Source: a bacterium
GTDB taxonomy: Bacteria > Patescibacteriota > Minisyncoccia > 2-02-FULL-40-12 > IGHO2-12-FULL-4
Assembly: GCA_030647955.1 (NCBI GenBank)
Contig: JAUSIQ010000003.1
Span: 2,111 to 66,110 of the forward strand
DNA: 64,000 nucleotides
Direction: 5' to 3'
Below the pieces are notes generated by a model. That model was given only the letters and a program-made list of their open reading frames with translations, made no database searches and was not told where the DNA came from. Of this stretch, positions 19,197 through 28,643 are shown piece by piece (the first letter of the stretch is position 1; each line of letters starts with the position of its first letter). The position numbers and the translations under genes were made by a program.

Positions 19197-19646
19197 CTAG
19201 CTAGGAGTAAATATTTTCTGAACCGTTCTTTGGGTCAAATCAACCAAATGAATGGAGGCATTCTCTAGCTTAATTCGAAAACGCTGACCGAATTCTTCGG
19301 CAAATTTCCAAACAGTCTCGTCTATTTCCGGCATGTGGCTTATGGCGATAATACTCTGCCATTCAGGATTCTGGGCAGCGAAATCTTGTAGGCGCAAAAA
19401 GGTATCTTCTTTGGTATCACAAGTTAGCCAACGCATTTCTTGTGCAGTTGGTAGGTTCAGGATAGAACTGATAATGTCCGCACTTTTAATGGCGCGAGTT
19501 AACTCGGAAGTCAGTAAGATCGTTTTCTCATCTGGGCAGAGAGCGGCTTTTAAAAAAATAGCGGCTTGCTCTATTTGATTCTTGCCTAGACTGGCGGCTC
19601 CAGCGTCAAAATCATTATAGCCGTGTCGTACTAAAAAGATTTTCAA
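19197..19646 (-). CDS. sixA: Histidine phosphatase superfamily protein (SixA-like phosphohistidine phosphatase)
   Basis: IFLVRHG (RHG catalytic His), TSELTRAIKSA, AISHMPEI. Start reassigned to TTG at 19646, preceded by AGGAGG; the upstream 30 codons of the tracked ORF are probably not translated. Confidence 0.55.
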   Translation of the reverse strand: MKIFLVRHGYNDFDAGAASLGKNQIEQAAIFLKAALCPDEKTILLTSELTRAIKSADIISSILNLPTAQEMRWLTCDTKEDTFLRLQDFAAQNPEWQSIIAISHMPEIDETVWKFAEEFGQRFRIKLENASIHLVDLTQRTVQKIFTPS

Positions 19647-19797
19647 TCTTCGCCTCCTGAATTTTAAAGACCTTAATTTAAATTTAACAAAGGAGCCTAG
19701 TTTGTAAAGGAATAATTTAAGTAATGGTGTCGTCACAAATTTCCTTTTCAGTACCGTGGCAAAACAAAAATCGGCTTAAAGCCGATTTTTGTTTACG

Positions 19798-20070
19798 CTA
19801 TTCTTTTGTCGTCGACTTTCTTTTGCTGAAAACGTAGAGATAGAGAATATCTAAAATTCCCGCCGTGTGAATTAAGAGGAGAGCGATAAACCATCCTCTT
19901 TCTCCGCGGCGTGCGGCGCGCCAGAGGGCCATGCCTTTCCAGGCGAGCGACCAGATGATTAACAGGGCGAAGAAAAAACCGGCAACGCCAAAGGTCATAT
20001 CTCTAGCAAAAGGCATATTCCAGTGGCCGTAAAACTGGTGCCAACCGTAATCCGTGTAGTCGTAATCCAT
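19798..20070 (-). CDS. Small membrane protein (2 TM helices), function unknown
   Basis: 90 aa; hydrophobic helices FGVAGFFFALLIIWSLAW and WFIALLLIHTAGILDILYLYVF. Confidence 0.4.
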   Translation of the reverse strand: MDYDYTDYGWHQFYGHWNMPFARDMTFGVAGFFFALLIIWSLAWKGMALWRAARRGERGWFIALLLIHTAGILDILYLYVFSKRKSTTKE

Positions 20071-20158
20071 ATGTTATTAAATAATTTACTGATTACTCAC
20101 TAATTATAGTCCCTTAAGAATTAGCGAACAAGGGTGAAGAGGAGATGAGAAAGAAGGG

Positions 20159-20291
20159 TGTGCTCGAGGTGGGACTTGGCTTCGACTCTCGGCTCGCCGC
20201 CGCTCGCCTCGGTCTAGCCACCGCCTCGCGGTCCCTCAAGCTTTCGGGACAGCGCTCCGGCGTTCAAGTCCCAGCACAAATAAAAAGTTAT
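20159..20291. repeat. GC-rich (~62%) 130-bp element bounded by a 20-nt exact direct repeat of the tRNA-Leu 3' end (20159-20178 = 20292-20311) and an inverted degenerate tRNA T-arm copy (20262-20278)
   Basis: Exact 20-mer TGTGCTCGAGGTGGGACTTG appears twice. GTTCAAGTCCCAGCACA matches the T-loop/3' end with a 6-nt deletion. GC is far above the local level. Confidence 0.5.
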
Positions 20292-20293
20292 TT

Positions 20294-20376
20294 GTGCTCG
20301 AGGTGGGACTTGAACCCACAAGGTCGTGAGACCACACGATTTTGAGTCGTGCGTGTATGCCATTCCACCACTCGAG
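20294..20376 (-). tRNA. tRNA-Leu (anticodon CAA), type II with long variable arm, CCA not encoded
   Basis: Reverse complement folds as GCTCGAG/CTCGAGC acceptor, anticodon loop CUCAAAA, variable arm TGGTCTCACGACCTTGT, T-loop GGGTTCAAGTCCC. Confidence 0.85.
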
Positions 20377-20634
20377 CAATATTAATGCATTTTAGCATAT
20401 TTTTGACAATTTTCAACTTGTGAGGGCATTGTAAGAAGCACTATGTTCCGCTACAATTAAGATACTTAACAGCGATTCCAATTAATATCTCGGCGTCTTA
20501 ATCGGCATCATCAAGCTTCGCTTGATGGCCGATATCCGCCGACCGTAAAATTGCTCCAAAGAAGCAAATCTCTCGGAAGCATAAGGGACTTCTTTACCGC
20601 AATTTTACTGATATCAATTTGAACCTTCGACGTC

Positions 20635-21396
20635 GTGGCACGCATCATAAACATCTGTAACGAAAAAGGTGGAGTTGGTAAGACCACCACCACTATTAAC
20701 TTGGCTGCTTATCTTGCTGCTCTGGGAAAGTATGTTTTGGTTGTTGATCTTGACCCCCAGGCTAATGCTAGCGGTGGTTTGGGAGTGAAGGTAGCAGATG
20801 ATCATCTCAATATTTATCACTCTCTGGTGGGAAACGAAAGTCCAGGTTCTTATTTGAGAAAAACTGCTTTGTTCGGCTATGATCTTTTGCCAGCTTCGGC
20901 TAGTTTAGCTGGGGCGACGGTGGAATTGGTGAGTGTGGAGTCTAGAGAGTTTCGTTTAAAGAAGGCCCTCAACTCTATTCGTACTAATTACGATTACATT
21001 TTGATTGATTCTCCTCCTTCATTGGGCTTGCTGACCATTAATGGCTTGGCAGCCGCTGAAGAAGTTATTATTCCGGTGCAGTGTGAGTATTTTGCGCTCG
21101 AAGGATTGGGAAATTTGTTGCAAACCATTGAATTGGTACGCTCTTCTTTAAATCCACAATTGAAAATCGCCGGAGTATTGCTTACAATGTATGATAAGAG
21201 GAACAGATTAGCGCGCGCGGTAGTGAAAGAAGTGCAAACCAATTTTCCCGGCAGAGTTTTTGAAGCAGTTATTCCGCGTTCCATTTCTTTAGCGGAGGCT
21301 CCGAGTTTTGGAAAAACTATTTTACAATTCGATCCAGGTTCCAAAGCCGGCCGGGCTTATCGGCAATTAGCGGAGGAAGTTGTTAGAATAATCTAG
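20635..21396 (+). CDS. parA: Chromosome partitioning ATPase ParA/Soj
   Basis: Deviant Walker A ICNEKGGVGKTTTTINLA; GTG start. Confidence 0.9.
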   Translation: MARIINICNEKGGVGKTTTTINLAAYLAALGKYVLVVDLDPQANASGGLGVKVADDHLNIYHSLVGNESPGSYLRKTALFGYDLLPASASLAGATVELVSVESREFRLKKALNSIRTNYDYILIDSPPSLGLLTINGLAAAEEVIIPVQCEYFALEGLGNLLQTIELVRSSLNPQLKIAGVLLTMYDKRNRLARAVVKEVQTNFPGRVFEAVIPRSISLAEAPSFGKTILQFDPGSKAGRAYRQLAEEVVRII

Positions 21397-21478
21397 TTTA
21401 TCAAGTTTATAATGTTATAAAGTTTGTAAAGTTAAAATCTCTGACTTTAAAAACTTTACGAACTTGATGAACTTTTAA
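21397..21478. repeat. AT-rich palindromic intergenic element (family member A) between parA and parB
   Basis: Arms ATCAAGTTTATAA...TTTGTAAAGTT and AACTTTACGAACTTGATGAACTT are reverse complements; same motif family as copies at 31468, 47333, 47904, 57480, 59009, 59505. Confidence 0.7.
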
Positions 21479-21485
21479 CCCAACT

Positions 21486-22367
21486 TTGAAAAAGTTGTTT
21501 GGATTAGGTAAGGGCTTAAGCTCTCTTATACCGCCATCAACGGCGAAAAAGATTAATCCGGAAGAATCGCCGGCTAGTGTTTTTTATGTGGAAACAAGCA
21601 AAATTAAGCCTAATCCAGATCAACCTCGAAAAGATTTTGATGCCAGCGCGCTGGCCGAGTTAGCCTCTTCGATTAAGAAATATGGTATTTTGCAGCCCCT
21701 TTTAGTGGTTAAGATGGAAAAAGATTCTCCACGAGGAATTAATGTGGAATATCAGTTGGTAGCCGGAGAAAGGCGCTGGCGTGCGGCTAGATTAGTTAAC
21801 CTGCCTCAAGTTCCGGTGATCGTTAAAGATTCAGTAGTAGAGGACAAGATGAAGCTGGAGTTGGCCTTAGTGGAAAATCTCCAACGCGAAGATCTCAATG
21901 TCATGGAAGAAGCAGAAGCCTTCTCAAGATTACAAAAAGATTTTAGATTAACTCAAAAAGAAATTGGTGAACGAGTAGGAAAGAGTCGTGAGGTGGTGGC
22001 CAATAGCGTACGTTTATTGGAGTTACCAGGCGACATTAAAGAAAGCGTGCGTGCCGGGAAAATTTCGCGAACCCATGCCCGCGCTTTATTGGCTTTTAAA
22101 GATACGGATCAGCAGAGAGAGATGTATAAACAAATCTTAGCCGGCAGAATGGTGACGCGAGAAGTGGAAGAGGTGGCGGCTAGTGCCGTCAGTAGAGAGA
22201 AATCTTCTCCGGCCAAGGAGAATCGTTTTGATCAATTAGAAAAAAATCTTAGCGGCACACTCGGCACTCTCGTATTCATCAAAAACGGAGATAAGGGCGG
22301 ACGCATCGTCATTAAATTCGCTGATTTGGGCGAACTCAACAAAATCGTAAAAAGTATTCTTGACTAA
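21486..22367 (+). CDS. parB: Chromosome partitioning protein ParB/Spo0J
   Basis: ParB box ILQPLLV...LVAGERRWRAA; HTH region; TTG start. Confidence 0.85.
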   Translation: MKKLFGLGKGLSSLIPPSTAKKINPEESPASVFYVETSKIKPNPDQPRKDFDASALAELASSIKKYGILQPLLVVKMEKDSPRGINVEYQLVAGERRWRAARLVNLPQVPVIVKDSVVEDKMKLELALVENLQREDLNVMEEAEAFSRLQKDFRLTQKEIGERVGKSREVVANSVRLLELPGDIKESVRAGKISRTHARALLAFKDTDQQREMYKQILAGRMVTREVEEVAASAVSREKSSPAKENRFDQLEKNLSGTLGTLVFIKNGDKGGRIVIKFADLGELNKIVKSILD

Positions 22368-22385
22368 AGGTTTAGTAGTTTTGAT

Positions 22386-24341
22386 CTAGGCGAGTTTTTT
22401 GGCCGAGAGGATATCTTTGTGACTTTCTAACTTCTGAAAAAGACGTTTGGCATGAGCACTATTTTTCAGTGCTAAGGTAAGATTAACTGCCCCGACGCCA
22501 TTAGCGGCCGGGCTGTTTTTTATTTCCATTACATTAATTTTTAGATCGTTCATGATCTTGCCAATCTCCTGGAGCATACCAATACGATCTTTGACTTGCA
22601 GAGCGACGCGCAGGGGATAGTAGTCGGCCTTTTCCGGCCAGGCGACGGGAACTAGTTTTTTAGAGTTGAATTTCTTGAGATTGGCACATTCAACGCGATG
22701 AATAGAAATGCCTCTTTGTTTGGTTATATAGCCAATGATTTCGTTACTGGGAAGAGGCGAACAGCAGTGTGCCACAGTGGATAAGACATTGTATTGCCCG
22801 GTTACAAATATTTTACCTGCAGATACGGAAGTAAGCCGCAGAGGAGCGGGTTGGGGTTCAACATGAATGGGAGAAGGAGGGGGAACCGGTTCAGGATGTT
22901 TTTCTTTTAATAATGCTTGGATTTTTTTCTTTGCTTCGGTGGTTTTGACAATATTAAGCCAATCCCGTGATGGTTGGCGATATTTCCAGGTGACTATTTC
23001 GATAACTTCGCCATTTCTCAATCTGTAATCCAGGGGAACAATTTTGCCGTTTACTTTTGCGGCTTTGGCACTATGGCCGATATCAGTGTGGATGGCATAG
23101 GCAAAATCCAAAGGAGTGGATCCTTCGGGTAGATCTTTAACGTCTCCTTTGGGGGTGAGGACGAAGATACGGTCGCTAAAAAAGTTAGTGCGCAAAGAAT
23201 GATAAAATTCTTGGCTGGTAGCGTTGGCCATCCAGTTCTTTAACTCGGCGATCCACTTGGCTTCTTTGAGGTTGGCGGTATGTAATTTATTTTTACCAGA
23301 TTCTCCATAAGACCAGTGTGCGGCCACACCATTTTCGGCATGCTCATGCATTTCCGGGGTGCGTAGCTGAATCTCGGCGATTTTTCCACCCTCACAAAAG
23401 ATAGTGGTATGAATGGATCGATAGCCGTTGAGCTTTGGTAGGGCGATGTAATCCTTAATTAATCCTGGAACGGGCTTATAATTTTTATGCACAATGCCCA
23501 AGGCTTCGTAGCAAGAGGCAATACTAGGCAGAATAATACGGAGAGCAACTAAGTCATAAATGCGACTTAGATCATAATCTTGTTTAATAATTTTTTTGTA
23601 TAGGCTGTAGTAGTGTTTAGCTCGAGCGTTAGCATTAATCACCGGAATATTATGTTCAGCTAGACAGTTAATGATGATCGGCTGGACTCTTTCGAGATAT
23701 TTTCTGCGATCATGGTATTTGTCTTTGACCTCGTTGATCAGCCAGGCGTATTCTCTGGGGTAGACGTGGGGAAAGGCCATGTCTTCCAGCTCTCCCTTCA
23801 CTTGTCCCATTCCTAAGCGTTCGGCAATAGGAGCGTAGATTTCTAGAGTTTCTAGGCTAATTCTTTGACGGCCGGCAGAAGACTGTCCGCCGATAGTTTT
23901 CATGTTGTGATACCGATCGGCCAACTTGATCAAGATGACGCGAATGTCTTCGGCCATGGCAAAAAACATTTTGCGGAGAGACTGGGCTTTTAGATTTTGT
24001 TTGGCCTGAATATCTGGCGCGCCTTGATAGGCGAGAGCGGAAAGTTTAGTCACGGCTTTAACTAGGAAGGTAATTTCCTTGCCAAAAGCTTTTTCCATTT
24101 CTTCCTCGGTGACGGGAGTGTCTTCTAAAACATCATGCACGAGGCAGGCCGCGATAGTCACGCCGTCTAGTTTAAGGTCAGCCAGCATTTCGGCGGTGGC
24201 CAGAGGATGGGTAATGTAGGGTTCACCTGAAGCGCGGAACTGTCCCGCGTGCGCTTTTTCCGCAAAAAGAAAGGCCCGTTTGACTAGTTCACGGTCATCC
24301 TTACGAGTAGGATCAATTTTGTTTAAAAGGCCCTGATACAT
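22386..24341 (-). CDS. rel: Bifunctional (p)ppGpp synthetase/hydrolase (RelA/SpoT family)
   Basis: HD hydrolase domain (HPLATAEMLADL...HD), synthetase motif YRSIHTTIF..., TGS and ACT regions. Confidence 0.9.
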   Translation of the reverse strand: MYQGLLNKIDPTRKDDRELVKRAFLFAEKAHAGQFRASGEPYITHPLATAEMLADLKLDGVTIAACLVHDVLEDTPVTEEEMEKAFGKEITFLVKAVTKLSALAYQGAPDIQAKQNLKAQSLRKMFFAMAEDIRVILIKLADRYHNMKTIGGQSSAGRQRISLETLEIYAPIAERLGMGQVKGELEDMAFPHVYPREYAWLINEVKDKYHDRRKYLERVQPIIINCLAEHNIPVINANARAKHYYSLYKKIIKQDYDLSRIYDLVALRIILPSIASCYEALGIVHKNYKPVPGLIKDYIALPKLNGYRSIHTTIFCEGGKIAEIQLRTPEMHEHAENGVAAHWSYGESGKNKLHTANLKEAKWIAELKNWMANATSQEFYHSLRTNFFSDRIFVLTPKGDVKDLPEGSTPLDFAYAIHTDIGHSAKAAKVNGKIVPLDYRLRNGEVIEIVTWKYRQPSRDWLNIVKTTEAKKKIQALLKEKHPEPVPPPSPIHVEPQPAPLRLTSVSAGKIFVTGQYNVLSTVAHCCSPLPSNEIIGYITKQRGISIHRVECANLKKFNSKKLVPVAWPEKADYYPLRVALQVKDRIGMLQEIGKIMNDLKINVMEIKNSPAANGVGAVNLTLALKNSAHAKRLFQKLESHKDILSAKKLA

Positions 24342-24473
24342 GACAAAAGGGTTAAATCCCGTTAGAGATGATGATATGTGTCGTAGTCAAGATATTATTT
24401 TTAAATCAAATTGGGGACTTGGTAGATCTCTAACGGGATAAACTTTAATCTAACAGAAACTCATTATGTTGAC

Positions 24474-24505
24474 AAAACCCCGCCCCTCTAGAGGGGCGGG
24501 GTTTT
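24474..24505. terminator. Perfect palindrome AAAACCCCGCCCCTCTAGAGGGGCGGGGTTTT, intrinsic terminator downstream of topA
   Basis: 12-bp GC stem with flanking A/T runs on both sides. Confidence 0.7.
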
Positions 24506-24517
24506 GTGGAGGAGTAT

Positions 24518-26752
24518 TTATTTCGGCTCGGCAGACTTAGCGGGTGCGTTTTTTGGTTTAGGAGGATTGTCTTTCCAATGTTGCAAGGCCTCTTGAAGCT
24601 CGGCTTCGCTCTCCGGTTTTTTGCCCATTAAGAAATTACAGTCCGGATAGCTGGTGCAGGCGTAAAAAACTTTGCCGCGTCCGCGAGATTTCTTTTCTAC
24701 GACATCGCCAATTGGGCCTCCTTCGCCAAGGCTTCGGCGGGCCAAGCAATTCGGACATTTGAATCCAGTTTTGTTCCAGATTTTAGAAATACCTTTGCAG
24801 GCTGGATAGTCACTGCAGCCCAAAAAGTATCCGAATCGGCCGCGTTTGACGATCATTGGTTTACTGCAAAGCGGGCAATTTTCTCCTTGGGTTTTTTCTT
24901 CCAGTTCTTTAATTTTAGCGGCCTCTTCAGGTAAGGGCATAGTTACTTTGCTTTCCGGGTCGGGGCAGGCCATAAACTTTCCCATGCGTCCGAATTTAAT
25001 AATCATCATTTTACCACAATGAGGGCAAGGGGTAGCTGAAATTTCAGTTAGTTTTTCCACGCTGACTTCTTTTTCCGTCAGATGCTTTTTGAAAGGAGTA
25101 TAGAATTCCTCGATAACCGGAACCCACTTTGATTTTCCCGCAGCGATGTTATCGAGTTCTTCTTCCATGTGAGAAGTGAAATTGATGTCGATAATTTCAG
25201 GGAAGTTTTCTACCAACATGTCATTAACCAAAAAACCAATTTCCGTCGGCTGATATTTTTTATCGATTTTGGCCACATAGTCTCGCTCTTGAATGGTTGA
25301 AAGAGTTGGAGCATAGGTGGACGGGCGGCCCACGCCGTGAGTTTCCAAAGCTTTAATGAGAGAGGCATCGGTGTAGCGAGGAGGAGGTTCGGTAAAATGT
25401 TGGAGCGGCAATAAGTCCAAGAGTTTTAAAATCTCATCGACGTTTAAGTCTGGTAATTGTCCTTCAACCTCTTCCTCTTCCTTCTCATCTTGGCCTTCGG
25501 TGTAGGCGCGAATAAATCCGTCGAATTTTACGACTTGTCCGTTAGCACGAAAAGTGTGATGAACACCGGCCGTGCGAGGCTTGGCATCAATATCGACGCT
25601 AGTTTGATCAAAAACGGCCGGAGCCATCTGGCTAGCGATAGCGCGTTTCCAAATTAAATCATAAAGACGAGACTGGCTACGCTCTAATTCACCCTTCATT
25701 ATATCCGGAGACTTGGAAAAGTCGGTGGGGCGGATAGCTTCGTGGGCTTCCTGGGCTCCTTTGGACTTGGTGGTGTACTGGCGTAATTGGGAATAGTTTG
25801 GTCCGAAATATTGGGTGACTACTTCTTTGGCCTGAGCTAAAGCGGATTGGGCCAGGTTAACGCTATCTGTACGCATGTAGGTGATGTGCCCGTTTTCATA
25901 GAGCTGTTGAGCAATCATCATGGTCTGTTTGGCAGACATGCCTAATTTACGTGCGGCTTCCTGCTGGAGAGTAGAAGTCGTAAAGGGAGCAGCGGGGTTG
26001 CGCGTCACTTCTTTTTTGTTAATCTCGGCGACGCGATAATCCGCCCCATCCAAGGTGGCCAAGATTTTCTTGGCCGAGGGCTCGTTTTTTAAATCCATTT
26101 TGCCCAAAGCCTTCTCGCCAATTTTAATCAAGCGTCCGCGAAATTTGGGTCCACCCGTTTTTTTCTTAAAATCTGCTTCGATGCTCCAATATTCTTCTTT
26201 AACGAACTTTTGAATCTCTCGTTCGCGCTCCACTACTAAGCGCACGGCTACGCTTTGTACTCTGCCGGCCGATAAGCCGTAGCGAATTTTTTTCCACAAA
26301 AAAGGAGAGAGTTCGTAACCTACTAATCGGTCTAAAACGCGACGAGCTTGCTGGGCATCAATCAAATTAAAATCTAACTCTCGAGGGTGCTCGAGAGCTT
26401 CTTGAATGGCGCCCTTGGTGATTTCATGAAAAACAATTCTCTGGACCTTTTTCTTTTTAAAATTAAGCGCTTCGCTTAAATGCCAAGAGATGGCCTCGCC
26501 TTCACGATCAGGATCGGTTGCGAGTAAAATTGTGTCGGATTTTTCGACGGCTTCTTTTAACTCCGCGATAACTTTTTTGGCTTTGGCCGGAATAACATAT
26601 TTCGGTTCAAAGTTGTGCTCCACGTCGACACCCAGTTTTGACTTGGGCAAATCGCGGACATGGCCGAAAGAAGACAACACCTTAAAATCCGATCCTAAAA
26701 ACTTTTGCACAGTTTTCGATTTAGTTGGACTTTCTACTATAATAAGTTTCAT
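24518..26752 (-). CDS. topA: DNA topoisomerase I with C-terminal zinc ribbons
   Basis: Toprim start MKLIIVESPTKSKT; catalytic Tyr region; multiple CxxC...CxxC ribbons. Confidence 0.9.
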   Translation of the reverse strand: MKLIIVESPTKSKTVQKFLGSDFKVLSSFGHVRDLPKSKLGVDVEHNFEPKYVIPAKAKKVIAELKEAVEKSDTILLATDPDREGEAISWHLSEALNFKKKKVQRIVFHEITKGAIQEALEHPRELDFNLIDAQQARRVLDRLVGYELSPFLWKKIRYGLSAGRVQSVAVRLVVEREREIQKFVKEEYWSIEADFKKKTGGPKFRGRLIKIGEKALGKMDLKNEPSAKKILATLDGADYRVAEINKKEVTRNPAAPFTTSTLQQEAARKLGMSAKQTMMIAQQLYENGHITYMRTDSVNLAQSALAQAKEVVTQYFGPNYSQLRQYTTKSKGAQEAHEAIRPTDFSKSPDIMKGELERSQSRLYDLIWKRAIASQMAPAVFDQTSVDIDAKPRTAGVHHTFRANGQVVKFDGFIRAYTEGQDEKEEEEVEGQLPDLNVDEILKLLDLLPLQHFTEPPPRYTDASLIKALETHGVGRPSTYAPTLSTIQERDYVAKIDKKYQPTEIGFLVNDMLVENFPEIIDINFTSHMEEELDNIAAGKSKWVPVIEEFYTPFKKHLTEKEVSVEKLTEISATPCPHCGKMMIIKFGRMGKFMACPDPESKVTMPLPEEAAKIKELEEKTQGENCPLCSKPMIVKRGRFGYFLGCSDYPACKGISKIWNKTGFKCPNCLARRSLGEGGPIGDVVEKKSRGRGKVFYACTSYPDCNFLMGKKPESEAELQEALQHWKDNPPKPKNAPAKSAEPK

Positions 26753-26802
26753 ATCTTTTTGTTGATTTGATAATTAATCCTGAGCAATGATCACTAGATT
26801 GA

Positions 26803-27858
26803 TTAAGTATATAGACAAAACTTGTTATTACCTAAATTTTTAACTTTGCTCTCCAGCTCCATGTCCATTAAACAGGAGACGACTTCTCGGGTGGGGCGTT
26901 CCGTTTGGCGGATAATTTGATCTAAGGTAACTGTTTCGTGACCAATGCTTTTCAATATCTTCTTCTCTAGCTCGTTGGCTGGAGCTACGACAGGCTTGAA
27001 GAGATTATACTGAATATTGTAATCTGTCAAAATGTCGCTAGCGGAAGCCACTAGTTTTGCTCCGGCTCGAATTAGATTATTGGGTCCTTGGGAGCGTGGC
27101 GAAAAGATTGATCCGGGGACGGCAAAGACATCGCGATTTTGATCTAGGGCACATCGGGCCGTAATTAAGGAACCACTCTTTTCATCCGCTTCCACGACGA
27201 GTATTCCTTTGGAAAGTCCGCTAATAATGCGGTTGCGTTGCGGAAAAGATTGTTTGTGGCCGTGAACATTCAGGCTGTATTCACTAATAATCGCGCCGCC
27301 TGTTTTTATAATATCCTTGGAGAGGGCCTGGTTCTGTTGGACGATAGAATTATCGTTAATCCCTCCGCCTAAAACGGCGATAGTGGGTAGTTTGTTTTTT
27401 ACGGCGGTTTGGTGAGCCATGCCATCGATACCCATCGCTAATCCAGAGACGATGGTAAAGCCGGCTTTGGCGATACCTTCGGCGATAACCGGAGTGGCGC
27501 GGCGGCCGTAATCGGTCGGATTTCGGGTGCCGACTATTCCAAAGCACAAGTTGTTAAGAATATCAGCGTTACCTTTTATATATAGTAGGAAGGGTCGGTC
27601 AGCGACATTTTTTAGTGACGGAGGGTAGGCCGGATCGTTGAGAGTAATAATCTGGAGTCCAGTATCTAAGACACGAGCATATTCTTTTTGCGGATTTATC
27701 TTGGCTTGGACTGAACCATCTTTCGGAAGAAATTTTTTGAGAGCAGGAGAATTCCAAGCCCGCTCAAAATTACCTTCAAATTCAGCGGCGATTTTATGGA
27801 GGACGCCTATTTCCGCGGAGATCAGAATATTGATGGCGTTGAGGTAGGGGAGTTGCAT
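26803..27858 (-). CDS. dprA: DNA processing protein DprA (Smf)
   Basis: Rossmann-like DprA core GIVGTRNPTDYG...IVSGLAMGIDGMAH...VLGGG; classic dprA-topA adjacency. Confidence 0.85.
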   Translation of the reverse strand: MQLPYLNAINILISAEIGVLHKIAAEFEGNFERAWNSPALKKFLPKDGSVQAKINPQKEYARVLDTGLQIITLNDPAYPPSLKNVADRPFLLYIKGNADILNNLCFGIVGTRNPTDYGRRATPVIAEGIAKAGFTIVSGLAMGIDGMAHQTAVKNKLPTIAVLGGGINDNSIVQQNQALSKDIIKTGGAIISEYSLNVHGHKQSFPQRNRIISGLSKGILVVEADEKSGSLITARCALDQNRDVFAVPGSIFSPRSQGPNNLIRAGAKLVASASDILTDYNIQYNLFKPVVAPANELEKKILKSIGHETVTLDQIIRQTERPTREVVSCLMDMELESKVKNLGNNKFCLYT

Positions 27859-27864
27859 GGAGAA

Positions 27865-28431
27865 TTAGGAAACGATCTGAGTCAATTTCGCTAATCCTTC
27901 TTTGATAATCTTCTTGAGATCTTCCTTTTCGGTAGAAGTAAAAGAAGACAAAACCAAGTTGCCGATCAACTCTTTTCTCTTTTCGTCAGATGATTGGCTG
28001 CGAGCTAATTTTAATTTAGAGTTGCCGATGCCGATTTTAAGACGATAGATTTTTTCGGTTTTAAGATGATTGATAATTGAAGCCACCCCTTTGTGTCCGC
28101 CCGGACCGGATTCCGGGGTGAGTTTGGTGGAGCCAAATGGGACATCCAGATCATCGTGAATGATAATGATATTTTCGTTTTTCAATTTGTAGAAAGTTTT
28201 AATTTTCTTTACCGCTACACCGGAATTATTCACGTACGTCTGCGGCTTGGCTAAGATAACCTTTTGATCATTAAATTTCCCTGAAGCGATTTCCGCTTCC
28301 AGTTTTTTCTCCAATACAAACTCGCTGGCCTTCATTTCTTTGGCCAAAGCATCTAAAAACTTAAACCCCACATTGTGGCGAGTTCCTTCGTATTGCTTAT
28401 CCGGATTACCTAAACCGATAATTAGATACAT
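27865..28431 (-). CDS. pth: Peptidyl-tRNA hydrolase
   Basis: MYLIIGLGNP...RHNVGF N-terminus. Confidence 0.85.
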   Translation of the reverse strand: MYLIIGLGNPDKQYEGTRHNVGFKFLDALAKEMKASEFVLEKKLEAEIASGKFNDQKVILAKPQTYVNNSGVAVKKIKTFYKLKNENIIIIHDDLDVPFGSTKLTPESGPGGHKGVASIINHLKTEKIYRLKIGIGNSKLKLARSQSSDEKRKELIGNLVLSSFTSTEKEDLKKIIKEGLAKLTQIVS

Positions 28432-28545
28432 TCCGTACGAAGTAGCAGGGTCATGGACATAAGTTGAGTGACCACGACTTGGCTACCTTATTATTTAACG
28501 TTCCCGTTACCAGTTAACCCGACAGGGCGACTTCGTACGGGATAC
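28432..28545. repeat. ~114-bp element with terminal inverted repeats TCCGTACGAAGT / ACTTCGTACGGGA (family 2, copy 1), abutting the pth start codon
   Basis: Inverted repeat seen directly; same TIR core as 50438-50544. Confidence 0.55.
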
Positions 28546-28603
28546 ATGTCTTACATTATATAGGGAGAACAAAATAAGGCAAATAAGCGTATTTCGCTAT
28601 CTG

Positions 28604-28632
28604 TTGCAAAGGGGTAAAAAAACTGTTATTAT
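28604..28632 (+). promoter_or_regulatory. Candidate promoter TTGCAA-17-TATTAT for lepB
   Basis: Hexamers and 17-nt spacing seen directly; ATG 12 nt downstream. Confidence 0.3.
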
Positions 28633-28643
28633 GAGAGAACTTT

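Noticed and set aside
20150-20290. Possible tmRNA or second tRNA gene in the GC-rich segment
   Set aside because: The T-arm-like GGCGTTCAAGTCCCAGC does not form a proper T-stem, and no acceptor stem or anticodon arm could be folded. It is better explained as tRNA-derived fragments.
20145-20345. 66-aa ORF overlapping the tRNA-Leu locus
   Set aside because: It spans the tRNA gene and the tRNA-fragment-flanked GC-rich insert; reading frame stays open because of GC-richness, and there is no RBS.
20380-20634. oriC next to parAB
   Set aside because: No cluster of DnaA boxes and no dnaA gene nearby; single TTATCCACA matches occur elsewhere (33915, 35466) but not here.
28432-28545. SRP RNA, RNase P RNA or a riboswitch in the pth-lepB spacer
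   Set aside because: No match to the conserved SRP domain IV (GGAAGGAAGCAGC-like) or the RNase P P4 sequence; the structure is dominated by the terminal inverted repeat shared with the fusA-tuf element.
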